NCBI GenBank assembly: GCA_958295905.1
Contig: OY282382.1
Coordinates: 5,812,367 to 5,876,366 of the forward strand
Direction of reading: 5' to 3'
Origin: an uncultured Vicinamibacterales bacterium
Lineage (GTDB): Bacteria; Acidobacteriota; Vicinamibacteria; Vicinamibacterales; UBA8438
DNA length: 64,000 bases
In this document: one piece after another, positions 55,780 through 64,000 of the stretch
Layout: each line of letters opens with the position of its first letter
Numbering within the stretch: the first letter of the stretch is position 1
The notes under the pieces: generated by a model
What the model was told of the DNA's origin: nothing
Seen by the model: only the letters and a program-made list of their open reading frames with translations
Databases searched by the model: none
Made by a program: the position numbers and the translations under genes

Positions 55780-56832
55780 ATGACCCTGAGCCGCCCCGCC
55801 CGCATCGGACTCGTGCTCGCCGCCTGCCTGGGCGTGGCCGCCGGGGCCGCGGCGCAGCCGCTCCCCAACCCCTATCGCCTCGTCGACGAGTGGCCGAACC
55901 TGCCGCCGCACCTGAACGGCGGGCGGTGGGGCGAGACCATCGGCGTCGACCGCGACGCGGACGGGAACGTCTGGGTCTTCCACCGCTGCTTCAACAACCA
56001 GCCGCCGGGCGCGGCCACCTGCGTGGGGCGCGACGACGACCCGCCGATCGTCAAGTTCAGCCCGGACGGCGAGCTCCTCGACAGCTGGGGCGAAGGAATC
56101 TTCGCGGCCCCGCACGGCTTCCACATCGACCCCGAGGGCAACCTCTGGGCTACGGACTACAACGGGAGCGAGACGGTGCTCGGCGTGCCGGCAGGGGGCC
56201 GGGGGCACCAAGTCTTCAAGTTCAGCCCGGACGGCGGGATCCTGATGACCCTCGGCCGGGCGGGCGTCGCGGGCAATGGGCCCGACACGTTCGACCGGCC
56301 GACCGACGTGGCCGTCAACACCGACGGCGACATCTTCGTCACCGACGGCCACGGACCGAACAACCGGGTGGTGAAGTTCGACCGGCACGGCCGCTTCCTC
56401 CTGACGTGGGGCGGGCCGGGCGACGGCCCCGGCGAGTTCGACCAGCCGCACACCCTCACCCTCGACAGCCGAGGCCGGGTGTTCGTCGGGGACCGGTCGA
56501 ACGGCCGGGTGCAAATCTTCGAGCCGGACGGCACGTTCGTCGCCGAGTGGAGGCAGTTCGGGCGACCGAGCGGAATGTTCATCGACGAGAACGACGTGCT
56601 CTACGTCACCGACTCGACCTCGAACTCGCGGAACAACCCCGGCTTCGACCGGGGGATATACATCGGGAGCGCGGTGGACGGGACGGTCCATGCGCACATC
56701 CCCGATCCGGACGCCGAGCGGCGGGACGAGCTGCGTATCTCGGGGGCTTCGGGCATCACCGCCGACCGAGAGGGCAATGTCTACGCGGCCGACGTCGGCC
56801 CGCAGAGAATCCGGAAGTACGTCAAGCGGTAG
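55780..56832 (+). CDS. Exported NHL-repeat beta-propeller protein
   Basis: Signal MTLSRPARIGLVLAACLGVAAGAAA. Repeated F..P.g(v/i)a.D..G..(f/y)V.D units. Confidence 0.8.
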   Translation: MTLSRPARIGLVLAACLGVAAGAAAQPLPNPYRLVDEWPNLPPHLNGGRWGETIGVDRDADGNVWVFHRCFNNQPPGAATCVGRDDDPPIVKFSPDGELLDSWGEGIFAAPHGFHIDPEGNLWATDYNGSETVLGVPAGGRGHQVFKFSPDGGILMTLGRAGVAGNGPDTFDRPTDVAVNTDGDIFVTDGHGPNNRVVKFDRHGRFLLTWGGPGDGPGEFDQPHTLTLDSRGRVFVGDRSNGRVQIFEPDGTFVAEWRQFGRPSGMFIDENDVLYVTDSTSNSRNNPGFDRGIYIGSAVDGTVHAHIPDPDAERRDELRISGASGITADREGNVYAADVGPQRIRKYVKR

Positions 56833-56848
56833 AGCAGGAACCCAGGGG

Positions 56849-57379
56849 CATCCCAAGCCGACCGCGCGTGACGGCCCGCCTCCGATTCGGGGGTCGCCAC
56901 CGTCTTGCCGACCGGTCGGCACCGCGTGAGACCCACGATTCCGCACGTCCGGAGCCCCGGGACCCGCCACGATTCCGCCTGCGCACGGCGGTGGCGGAGC
57001 GTGGGATGGTCCTGCAACTGGACCCAGGAGCATCCCAAGCCGACGGCGCGTGACGGCCCGCCCCCGATTCGGGGGGTCGCCGCCGTCTTGCCGATCGGTC
57101 GGGCCGCGTGAGACCCACGATTCCGCACGTCCGGAACCCCCAGCCAGGACCCGCCACGATTTCCGCCTGCGCACGGCGGTGGCGGAGCGTGGGATGGTCC
57201 TGGCAGGGCCCCAGGGGCATCCCACGCCGACGGCGCGTGGCGGCCCGCCCCCGATTCGAGGGGTCGCCACCGTCTTGCCGACCGGCCGGCGCCGCGCGAG
57301 ACCCACGATTCTGCGCATCCGGAGCCCCAGGGACCCGCCGCGATTCCGCCTGCGCACGGCGGTGGCGGAGCGTGGGATG
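56849..57379 (+). repeat. Tandem array of three family C units (period ~183-187 bp)
   Basis: Units begin with CATCCCA(A/C)GC at 56849, 57031 and 57218. Each ends with GCGTGGGATG, at 56999-57008, 57187-57196 and 57370-57379. Confidence 0.9.
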
Positions 57380-57384
57380 GTCCT

Positions 57385-57535
57385 GGCAGGGCCCGGCGGG
57401 CGGGACAGGCCGGCGGCGAACCGGCAAGCAGCAGGGACCCGGCGGGCGGGACAGGCCGCGCGGGACCAGCCGGCCCGGGGGCGGCGAACCGGCAAGCAGC
57501 AGGGACCCGGCGGGCGGGACAAGGCTGACCGGCGT
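57385..57535. repeat. GC-rich minisatellite
   Basis: cggcgggcgggaca(g)g occurs x3, and ggcggcgaaccggcaagcagcagggacccggcgggcgggaca occurs x2. Confidence 0.8.
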
Positions 57536-57544
57536 TCGAGACCG

Positions 57545-59140
57545 TCACATGCCCCAGACGGTGACCGGCGCACCGCCGCCTGCCGGCTCTTCGCGGCGGA
57601 AGAGCTTCTCCTCCCACGTCCTGGACGGAGAGCGGTCGAAGAGCACCAGGTGCCCGGACTCCGCCCCGCAACGGTCCATGTAGCTCCGCGTCTGCTCGAC
57701 GCCCTCGCGGATGGTCCGCTCCAACCCGTCGCGGCGCACCTTGCATTCGACGACGAACCGCTGGACGCGGCCTCCCTGCGGCCAGAGGATGAGCAGATCG
57801 ACCCGTCCCCGGCCCAAGGCGTACTCCCGCTCGATTCGGCCGCCCCCGTTCGCAACCTTCTGCAGATACGCCTGCAGCAACAGTTGAGGCCCGGCCTCCC
57901 GGTACCGATCGAAACGTTGCGTCCAGTGTTCCGAGTGCTCTCGAAAGAACCGCTGGAACGCTTCCAGGAGCCTGTCCACGTCCAGACCGCCCGCGGCATC
58001 CGCGTACGAGGACGTTTCCGCCTCGACGTCGTCCTGCGCCGCCCACGTCAGCTCGCGCGGAATCACTTCCGCGTATATCGGGTTGGCGATGCGCTTCGCG
58101 TCGTCCCGCGCCAACAGGCCCAGGTCGCGCGCGTACTCGACGTCCCGGTCCCGGTCCGCATAGCTCCCCCGACCGGCGGCGCCGATCAACATGGGCGCCA
58201 CCACCCGCCGCACCCGCTCATCGCGCAGCTTGTCGGCCAGAGCGTCCAGATGCGTCACGCGGGCCTGGATCAGCCGCTCCTGGGCGTCCAGGATGTCGCC
58301 TTCCGTGATCGCACGGGAACGGTCTCGACCCGCCGCGGTCTCGAAGCATGCCTCCCGGCACAGGGCGTTCACCAGCCAAGGCTGCCCCGCCGTGCGCGTC
58401 CGGATCGCCTCCAGCGCCGCGCGCGTGAACGCCTGCCCGGTCTCCGCGGTGTGCTGCCCCGGCAGCGCCCGCGTCTCCGCCTCGGTGAAGTCACCCAGCC
58501 GCAACGACTTCGACTTGACGTTGAACGCACTGCCGCCGAGCACGAGCGCGTTCCCCGCCGTGGAGCGAATGCGGTAGTCCCGCACGTCCCTCACGCCGCA
58601 CAGGACGACGCTGTGCGGAAAGCTCGCGGGCCGCTGGTCGTAGCCGGCCCGCAATTGCCGCAGCACCGACAGCAACGTGTCCCCGACCAGCGTGTCGATC
58701 TCGTCGATCAGCAGCACCAGGGGCCGCGGATCGGCCTCCGCCCAACGGGAGAGCACGTCGATCAGCGCGCCGTCCGCGCCATCGGCCTCCAGCGCCGACG
58801 CCCGGAGGCGGTCCGGCGTCTCATCGCCCAACGTCAGGCGCGCCCGGCGGGCGAGCTCGCCGAGCATGGCCCGCATCGCCCGCGCGGTGTCCTCGCGCGC
58901 CGCCTGTCCGACCTCGAAGTTCGCGTAGACGCAGCGATGGTCGCCCGCGGCGCCCGCGTTCAGCAGATCGCGCAGGGCCAGCAGCGCCGACGTCTTGCCC
59001 GTCTGCCGCGGGGCGTGCAACACGAAGTACTTCTGGCTCCGCACCAGAGCCAACACCTCGTCGAGATCGATCCTCGTCAGCGGCGGAATGCAGTAGTGAT
59101 CGCGCGCGCGAACCGGACCCTCGGTGTTGAAGAAGCGCAT
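57545..59140 (-). CDS. AAA-ATPase-like protein with C-terminal PD-(D/E)XK nuclease domain
   Basis: MRFFNTEGPV...YFVLHAPRQTGKTS, LLIDEID, and C-terminal GRVDLLILWP...VVECK. Confidence 0.8.
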   Translation of the reverse strand: MRFFNTEGPVRARDHYCIPPLTRIDLDEVLALVRSQKYFVLHAPRQTGKTSALLALRDLLNAGAAGDHRCVYANFEVGQAAREDTARAMRAMLGELARRARLTLGDETPDRLRASALEADGADGALIDVLSRWAEADPRPLVLLIDEIDTLVGDTLLSVLRQLRAGYDQRPASFPHSVVLCGVRDVRDYRIRSTAGNALVLGGSAFNVKSKSLRLGDFTEAETRALPGQHTAETGQAFTRAALEAIRTRTAGQPWLVNALCREACFETAAGRDRSRAITEGDILDAQERLIQARVTHLDALADKLRDERVRRVVAPMLIGAAGRGSYADRDRDVEYARDLGLLARDDAKRIANPIYAEVIPRELTWAAQDDVEAETSSYADAAGGLDVDRLLEAFQRFFREHSEHWTQRFDRYREAGPQLLLQAYLQKVANGGGRIEREYALGRGRVDLLILWPQGGRVQRFVVECKVRRDGLERTIREGVEQTRSYMDRCGAESGHLVLFDRSPSRTWEEKLFRREEPAGGGAPVTVWGM

Positions 59141-59420
59141 CGCCCCCATTGTGGCAACCCGCGGCGCGCCTGTCACCTGTCGCGGACGACGGCGGAAGGA
59201 CCATCCCACGCTCCGCCACCGCCCGTGCGCCCCGCCCGCCCTGCTCCGACAGCGTCTGCGGCAACCACCGCGAGACGATCAAACGTACGCCGATATCCTC
59301 GTCGCAAGTTCCTCGCCGGCGCCTTCGCCTTCCTCGCCGGCGGCGATCGAACGTACGCCGCGATCCCTCACCGCAAGTGGCCACGGTCGGATTCACCGTC
59401 GTCGTATACAGTACCGCTCG

Positions 59421-60860
59421 ATGGCCGACGACACGTTACGGCGACCCGCCCGCACCCCCCGGGTGGCCGCCGTCCGGCTCGGGGTGGTGGCCGCGGCCGG
59501 CGCCGCGCTGTGGCTCGCGCCGACCCCGGCCGGGGTCGAGCCCCGGGCATGGCAGTTGCTCGCGGTGTTCGTCGCCACCATCGTCGGAATCATCCTGCGC
59601 CCCCTGCCGATGGGGGCGATGGCGTTCGTGGCGGTGGCCTTCGCGGTGATGTCGGGCACCCTGACGATCGCGGAAGCGACGGCCGGCTTCGGCGCCACCG
59701 TGGTCTGGTTGGTGGTGGCGGCGTTCTTCATCGCGACCGCCTTCATCAAGACGGGGCTCGGGGCGCGCATCGCGTACCACTTCATGCGCGTCCTCGGGAA
59801 ACGGAGCCTCGGGCTGGCCTACGGGATCGTGGCCACCGACCTCTTCCTCGCGCCGGCCATCCCCAGCAACACGGCGCGCGGCGGCGGCGTCATCTACCCG
59901 ATCCTCAAGTCGCTGTGCGTCTCCCTCGGCAGCGACGCCGCCGGGGGCACCCAGGGCCGGATCGCCGGCTTCCTGACGTTCACCGCCTACCAGGGGGTGG
60001 TGGTCACGAGCGCGATGTTCCTCACCGCGATGGCCGCGAACCCGCTGGCGGCCGAACTCGCGGCGCAGCAGGGGGTCACCATCACCTGGGCGGGCTGGGC
60101 GGTCGCGGCGTTCGTTCCGGGCATGCTGAGCCTGCTCGTCGTGCCGCTCCTGATCTACCGCCTGTACCCGCCGGAGGTCACCCACACCCCCGAGGCCCCG
60201 GCGTTCGCGCGGGAACGCCTGCGGGAGATGGGCCCGATGACGCGGGACGAGCGGGTCCTCCTGGCCGTGTTCGTCTTCCTGTTGACCTTCTGGATACTCG
60301 GGAGCGCGCTCGGCATCAACGCCACCGCCACCGCGATGGCCGGGGTGGGGGCGATGCTCGCCACCGGCGCGCTCGCCTGGCAGGACGTCATCGATGAACG
60401 GAACGGGTGGGACACCCTGATCTGGTTCGCGGTGCTCGTCATGATGGCGAGCCAGCTCGGCGAGCTGGGCCTGGTGGGCTGGTTCACCGACCGCGTGTCC
60501 GGGGTGCTGGGCGGGGGGCACTGGCTTCCCGCCTTCCTCGGCCTGAGCCTGATCTACTTCTACGTGCACTACTTCTTCGCGTCGAACACCGCCCACGTCA
60601 GCGCGATGTACGCCCCGTTCCTGGCCGTCGCCCTCGCGGTGGGGACCCCGCCGGTCCTCGCCGCCCTCGTGCTGGCGTTCTTCAGCAACCTGTTCGCGTC
60701 GATGACCCATTACGGCACCGCCGCCGCCCCCATCCTGTTCGGGTCGGGCAACGTCGACATCGGCACGTGGTGGAAGCTCGGGGCGCTGATCAGCGTGGTG
60801 AACATCGCGATCTGGCTCGGGGCCGGCAGCCTCTGGTGGCGCCTGCTGGAGCTGTGGTGA
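59421..60860 (+). CDS. DASS-family anion/dicarboxylate transporter
   Basis: A multi-TM protein. The PSNTARGGG motif is present and the overall SLC13/CitT-like layout fits. Confidence 0.8.
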   Translation: MADDTLRRPARTPRVAAVRLGVVAAAGAALWLAPTPAGVEPRAWQLLAVFVATIVGIILRPLPMGAMAFVAVAFAVMSGTLTIAEATAGFGATVVWLVVAAFFIATAFIKTGLGARIAYHFMRVLGKRSLGLAYGIVATDLFLAPAIPSNTARGGGVIYPILKSLCVSLGSDAAGGTQGRIAGFLTFTAYQGVVVTSAMFLTAMAANPLAAELAAQQGVTITWAGWAVAAFVPGMLSLLVVPLLIYRLYPPEVTHTPEAPAFARERLREMGPMTRDERVLLAVFVFLLTFWILGSALGINATATAMAGVGAMLATGALAWQDVIDERNGWDTLIWFAVLVMMASQLGELGLVGWFTDRVSGVLGGGHWLPAFLGLSLIYFYVHYFFASNTAHVSAMYAPFLAVALAVGTPPVLAALVLAFFSNLFASMTHYGTAAAPILFGSGNVDIGTWWKLGALISVVNIAIWLGAGSLWWRLLELW

Positions 60861-61006
60861 CGGCCGACGCCGTTCCTCGACGGCCGAAGCGACCGGGCGG
60901 GGCGCGGGCGGGGCCACGGCAAGGCGGCGCTCAGGCCAGAGACTTGAAATATGGGCAGACGACGCTCATCTTTCAATGCCCTGGAGATCCGGCGGCGGCA
61001 TCACCG

Positions 61007-61399
61007 TCATGCTTCGAACCGCCGAAAACCGGCCGCCGTGAAATCGGCGTCGAACGCGAAGGCTTCGTGGATGCCGCGACGGCGCATGACGAGGAAGCTC
61101 ACCTGATCCACCAGGCTGATGCCGCGCGGCTGCTCGTTGAGCGCCAGTACCGCCGCGTTGCGCAGCCGTTCGCCGACCCATTCGATCTCGAACGCCGCCA
61201 CGACAGACGCGAACTCGATCGCCGCCGCGCGTCCGAGGCGGCACTGCAGCAGCGCCATCGACTCGACCAGCACGTAGCTGTGGGTGACCAGCCGCCGACC
61301 GGTCTGGAGAAGCGCATCGAACGACCGTGTCGCCTCGTCATGGCGGGCGTCCCGTCCGTCCGCAAGCGCGAAGATCGCCGACGTGTCCACGAAGATCAT
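61007..61399 (-). CDS. vapC: PIN-domain toxin
   Basis: MIFVDTSAIFAL..., the D.VSF motif and a terminal FD.DF. Confidence 0.8.
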   Translation of the reverse strand: MIFVDTSAIFALADGRDARHDEATRSFDALLQTGRRLVTHSYVLVESMALLQCRLGRAAAIEFASVVAAFEIEWVGERLRNAAVLALNEQPRGISLVDQVSFLVMRRRGIHEAFAFDADFTAAGFRRFEA

Positions 61400-61677
61400 T
61401 CTCGACCCGACCGGTTCCAGCCGGCGTAGGCGTCGGCCAACACGTCGTCGTGGTGTTCCGATACCGGCGCATCGGGCGGATTGCCGGGGTCACTTCCCAT
61501 CCCGATGAACGGAAAGTCCTCGATGGTCAACTTCCTCTTCTCCACCCCGGACTCCACGCCGAAGGTCTTCGCCAGCGCCTCCCGCACGACCGACGACATC
61601 GAGCGGTTCTGTTCGTAGGCCCTCCGCCGCACCACCTCGTAGGTGGCGTCGTCGAGCTGAATCTGCGTGCGCTTCAT
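61396..61677 (-). CDS. vapB: Ribbon-helix-helix antitoxin
   Basis: Met 61677 (MKRTQIQLDDATYEVVRRRAYEQNRSMSSVVREAL). It has a 4-nt overlap with vapC. Confidence 0.7.
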   Translation of the reverse strand: MKRTQIQLDDATYEVVRRRAYEQNRSMSSVVREALAKTFGVESGVEKRKLTIEDFPFIGMGSDPGNPPDAPVSEHHDDVLADAYAGWNRSGRE

Positions 61678-62057
61678 CGAGCGTCCCCTGTTCGTCCCCA
61701 CGGGGCGGCCTCGGCACGCGCCCGGGCCGCGCTCGCGAGCGGCCGGGGGCGGCCGCCTCCCGGCAAGCGCCCCGCCCGCTCCTGGCCCGATGGGGGTAGC
61801 CCCATGACCGCATGCCCCAATGCAGGCATGATCGCATGGTGTTCCGGCGCGGCGCGAGCGCGACCGAGCTCGCGCCGCACGAAGCATCCGTTCGCGGTGT
61901 CCTCGGCGCAGCACGTGCGGACGATGCTGATCGAGCCGGCCATCTGCCTGAACGCCCTGTTGCGCGACGCGCGCGTCGCCGGGGGCGCGCCTGTTCGCGG
62001 GCATGCGAATGCGGTAGCCTTGTCCGTGGGCCGCAACGGCCGGGAGGACCATTCAGC

Positions 62058-62555
62058 ATGAGCTTGGCTTACCACGACTTCGACACGCTGATCGGAACCC
62101 TGCGGGTCGTCGGCGACGACGGCGGGATCGAGCGGGTCGACCTGCCCAACGCGGCGGCGCGCGATCCCGATCCGGGGTGGCGGGAGCGGCGTCGATCGTT
62201 GCCCGGACCCTTGGGGGAGGCGAAGCGGCAGCTTCGCGAGTACTTCGGCGGTGAACGCCGCGGCTTCGACCTGCCGCTCTCCCCCGCCGGCACCGCCTTC
62301 CAGCGCCGGGTGTGGGACGAGCTTCGCCGCATCCCCTACGGCGAAACCGTTTCGTACGGCGAGCTCGCGCGGCGCATCGGGCGACCGACCGCCTCACGGG
62401 CCGTCGGCGCCGCCAACGGCCGGAACCCGCTGGCCATCGTCGTGCCCTGCCACCGCGTGATCGGGGCCGACGGCGCGCTCACCGGCTACGGCGGGGGGCT
62501 GCCGGTGAAGGAAACCCTGCTGGCGCACGAGCGGCGGGTCACCGGGGCAGGTTGA
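62058..62555 (+). CDS. ogt: Methylated-DNA--protein-cysteine methyltransferase
   Basis: TAFQRRVWDELRRIPYGETVSYGELA and the active site VPCHRVIG. Confidence 0.9.
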   Translation: MSLAYHDFDTLIGTLRVVGDDGGIERVDLPNAAARDPDPGWRERRRSLPGPLGEAKRQLREYFGGERRGFDLPLSPAGTAFQRRVWDELRRIPYGETVSYGELARRIGRPTASRAVGAANGRNPLAIVVPCHRVIGADGALTGYGGGLPVKETLLAHERRVTGAG

Positions 62556-62650
62556 GATTCCCGCGTCCCCGCTTCCGAACGGCCGGTCAGGGGTATCGCG
62601 GCCACGCCGAAGCCCGGTATAGCGGATAGACGGCGAAAGAGGGCGCGCGG

Positions 62651-62962
62651 TCATCCACCCGGGGCGGGCGCGCCGGCGGCAGGCCAGATCCAGGAGAGCA
62701 GGCGGAGGACGAGCACGAGGAGAGTTGCAAGAGCAGCGAATAGGCTGGTCAGACCCCATACCTTCGCACGCTCGACGTCTACCTTCGTCGCCAAGCTCTC
62801 CTGCCCCTTCTCCAGCTTGGTGACTCGCTCCCGGATGCCGGAACCGATCTCGCCCTGCATCCGGGCCAATGAGAGTTCCGCATCGCGGAGCCTCGCCGGT
62901 TCGCTGGAGTCGGGTGGTGGCGGGGCAGCCCCGTCAGGAAGTGGCACCGATTCAGTCTCCAA
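62651..62962 (-). CDS. Small coiled-coil protein with C-terminal TM helix
   Basis: 103 aa, with LTSLFAALATLLVLVLRLLSWIW. Confidence 0.45.
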   Translation of the reverse strand: METESVPLPDGAAPPPPDSSEPARLRDAELSLARMQGEIGSGIRERVTKLEKGQESLATKVDVERAKVWGLTSLFAALATLLVLVLRLLSWIWPAAGAPAPGG

Positions 62963-63242
62963 GCCACTCCCACAGCGAACGCGACGTGTAGCCGGAATAG
63001 GCGTGATTCAGCTTGAAAACAGCCCCGCGAGAGACCCTGTCTTCGGTCTTGATTCCGACCCGCTGAGCGATGTCAGAGCTCAGCTGATCGCTCCTGACGA
63101 GGTATACGGTCTGGGGGACGAGCTCGTACGCGCCGGGGAAAGCCGCCAGCAGAGGCTCTGCCGCCTGGGGGCTTGGGTCGGTGAAGACCACGGCGAACAC
63201 GTTCATGATCGAAGTATCGGATGATTCGACAGATGGGATCAA
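62952..63242 (-). CDS. Small hypothetical protein, overlapping the downstream TM gene
   Basis: 96-aa ORF (alternative Met at ~63206). It has an 11-nt overlap with 62651-62962. Confidence 0.4.
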   Translation of the reverse strand: MIPSVESSDTSIMNVFAVVFTDPSPQAAEPLLAAFPGAYELVPQTVYLVRSDQLSSDIAQRVGIKTEDRVSRGAVFKLNHAYSGYTSRSLWEWLGD

Positions 63243-63632
63243 CAGAGAAATAGACGGCGAATCCCCTACGCCGCTCCCTCGCCTCAGCCTCCTGCACCCG
63301 ACCGGTCGATCTCGATCTCATCCAAGGTTGAACGGCGGGTGCACTTCAACTGTTCGAGCGTTCATACGCCCCTCGCAAGGTCAGCCCGCCGTCAGCCTGG
63401 GCAGCTTCGGGACGAGTCGACCTCGGAAAATCGCGCCCCGGCACGATGCCGGAGCGTTCGTCGTCCGCAACGCGCCCCCCGCGATCCAGGACCCTGCCGG
63501 CGATGGCCCTTCTTCGGGCTGGCGATGCGCGGCTCCTGGGCGATGCCGCCCGCGGCGGTCTCCCTGTGCCTGGTGGGCGCGCTCGCATGGGGTTGCTCGT
63601 CTCAGCCGTTGCCGACAGCCAGCAGGCGGCTC

Positions 63633-64000
63633 CTACCGGCCGGCCGCTTCTTCCAGGCGCGCGCCGCCGAGGGCGTTCGGCACCGAGTAGTTCCCCTCGT
63701 GGCAGGCGTACTCGAACTGCAGGTACTCGTCGTCGCGGTTGAACGGGAACGCGGCGGTCCAGGGCGCGGTATAGGTCTCCGCGTCGTCCATGGTGACGGA
63801 GTACCGCAGCTCGTTCGGACCGGTGATGGTGAACCGCTCGACGACCTTCTGCGCCTCGGACTGGCGCGACCGAATGCCCGCCGACGGTCCGCGGATGTTC
63901 TTCACCGCGCGGAAGTTCGTCGACTCGACGATCAACGTGTTGCCCTCCCAGCGTCCGCGGGGGTCCCCCTCCCACTGCCGAACTTTGGCGTCGGCGTGGG
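63633..64000 (-). CDS. Hypothetical conserved protein; 5' end lies outside the window
   Basis: The frame is open to the window edge (…WEGDPRGRWEGNTLIVESTNF…). No family recognised. Confidence 0.5.
   Translation of the reverse strand, partial: HADAKVRQWEGDPRGRWEGNTLIVESTNFRAVKNIRGPSAGIRSRQSEAQKVVERFTITGPNELRYSVTMDDAETYTAPWTAAFPFNRDDEYLQFEYACHEGNYSVPNALGGARLEEAAGR

Noticed and set aside
56849-57379. Possible CRISPR array, because of regularly spaced repeats
   Set aside because: The units are ~185 bp and directly abutting, with no unique spacers. The repeat also occurs singly and inverted elsewhere. No cas genes are present.

Overview
High-GC (roughly 65-70% by eye) bacterial segment, probably an environmental or metagenomic genome. 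All family calls come from motif recognition by eye; no searches or HMMs were run. Positions 1-25.2 kb form a plus-strand defence island. It is organised around a SPLIT triad: an SNF2 helicase with a DUF3883 tail (2304-5720), a DUF1156 DPPY methyltransferase (9786-12827) and a DUF499 ATPase (22401-25214). Between and around these sit several other modules:
- a DUF262/HNH-like/AlbA_2 protein;
- a TIR-like plus 3-TM pair translationally coupled to the helicase;
- two MNT nucleotidyltransferase copies, one frameshifted;
- three ABC/SMC-type ATPase modules: one intact with a DUF4276-like partner, one decayed with a clear DUF4276 partner, and one DUF3696-type with a PIN-like partner;
- an IS4-split ORC/Arch-type ATPase and an Rpn-family nuclease.
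The island carries clear recombination scars: three copies of the methylase 5' end, two helicase 3' ends, two DUF499 copies (one an internally deleted remnant), and a 515-bp direct repeat bracketing an ATPase cassette. Positions 25.2-64 kb hold ordinary chromosomal genes (mutY, ogt, a DASS transporter, an alpha/beta hydrolase, beta-propeller and NHL proteins, vapBC, a VOC protein, a phosphatase-ARH fusion). This part is heavily colonised by mobile DNA:
- a Tn5-like IS whose transposase has a DUF4338-like N-terminus;
- an IS21-like element whose istB is interrupted by a recombinase-in-trio (RIT) element and an ISAzo13-like IS;
- integrase, ISL3 and IS5-like remnants;
- at least three families of small non-autonomous repeats, one inserted in frame in a recombinase gene and one present as a 3x tandem array.
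No rRNA, tRNA or CRISPR array was recognised. The best candidates for undescribed biology are the helicase-TIR-TM operon, the ATPase plus DUF4276-like cassettes that sit inside partial duplications of host system genes, and the DUF262 / methylase / DUF3696 / PIN arrangement.
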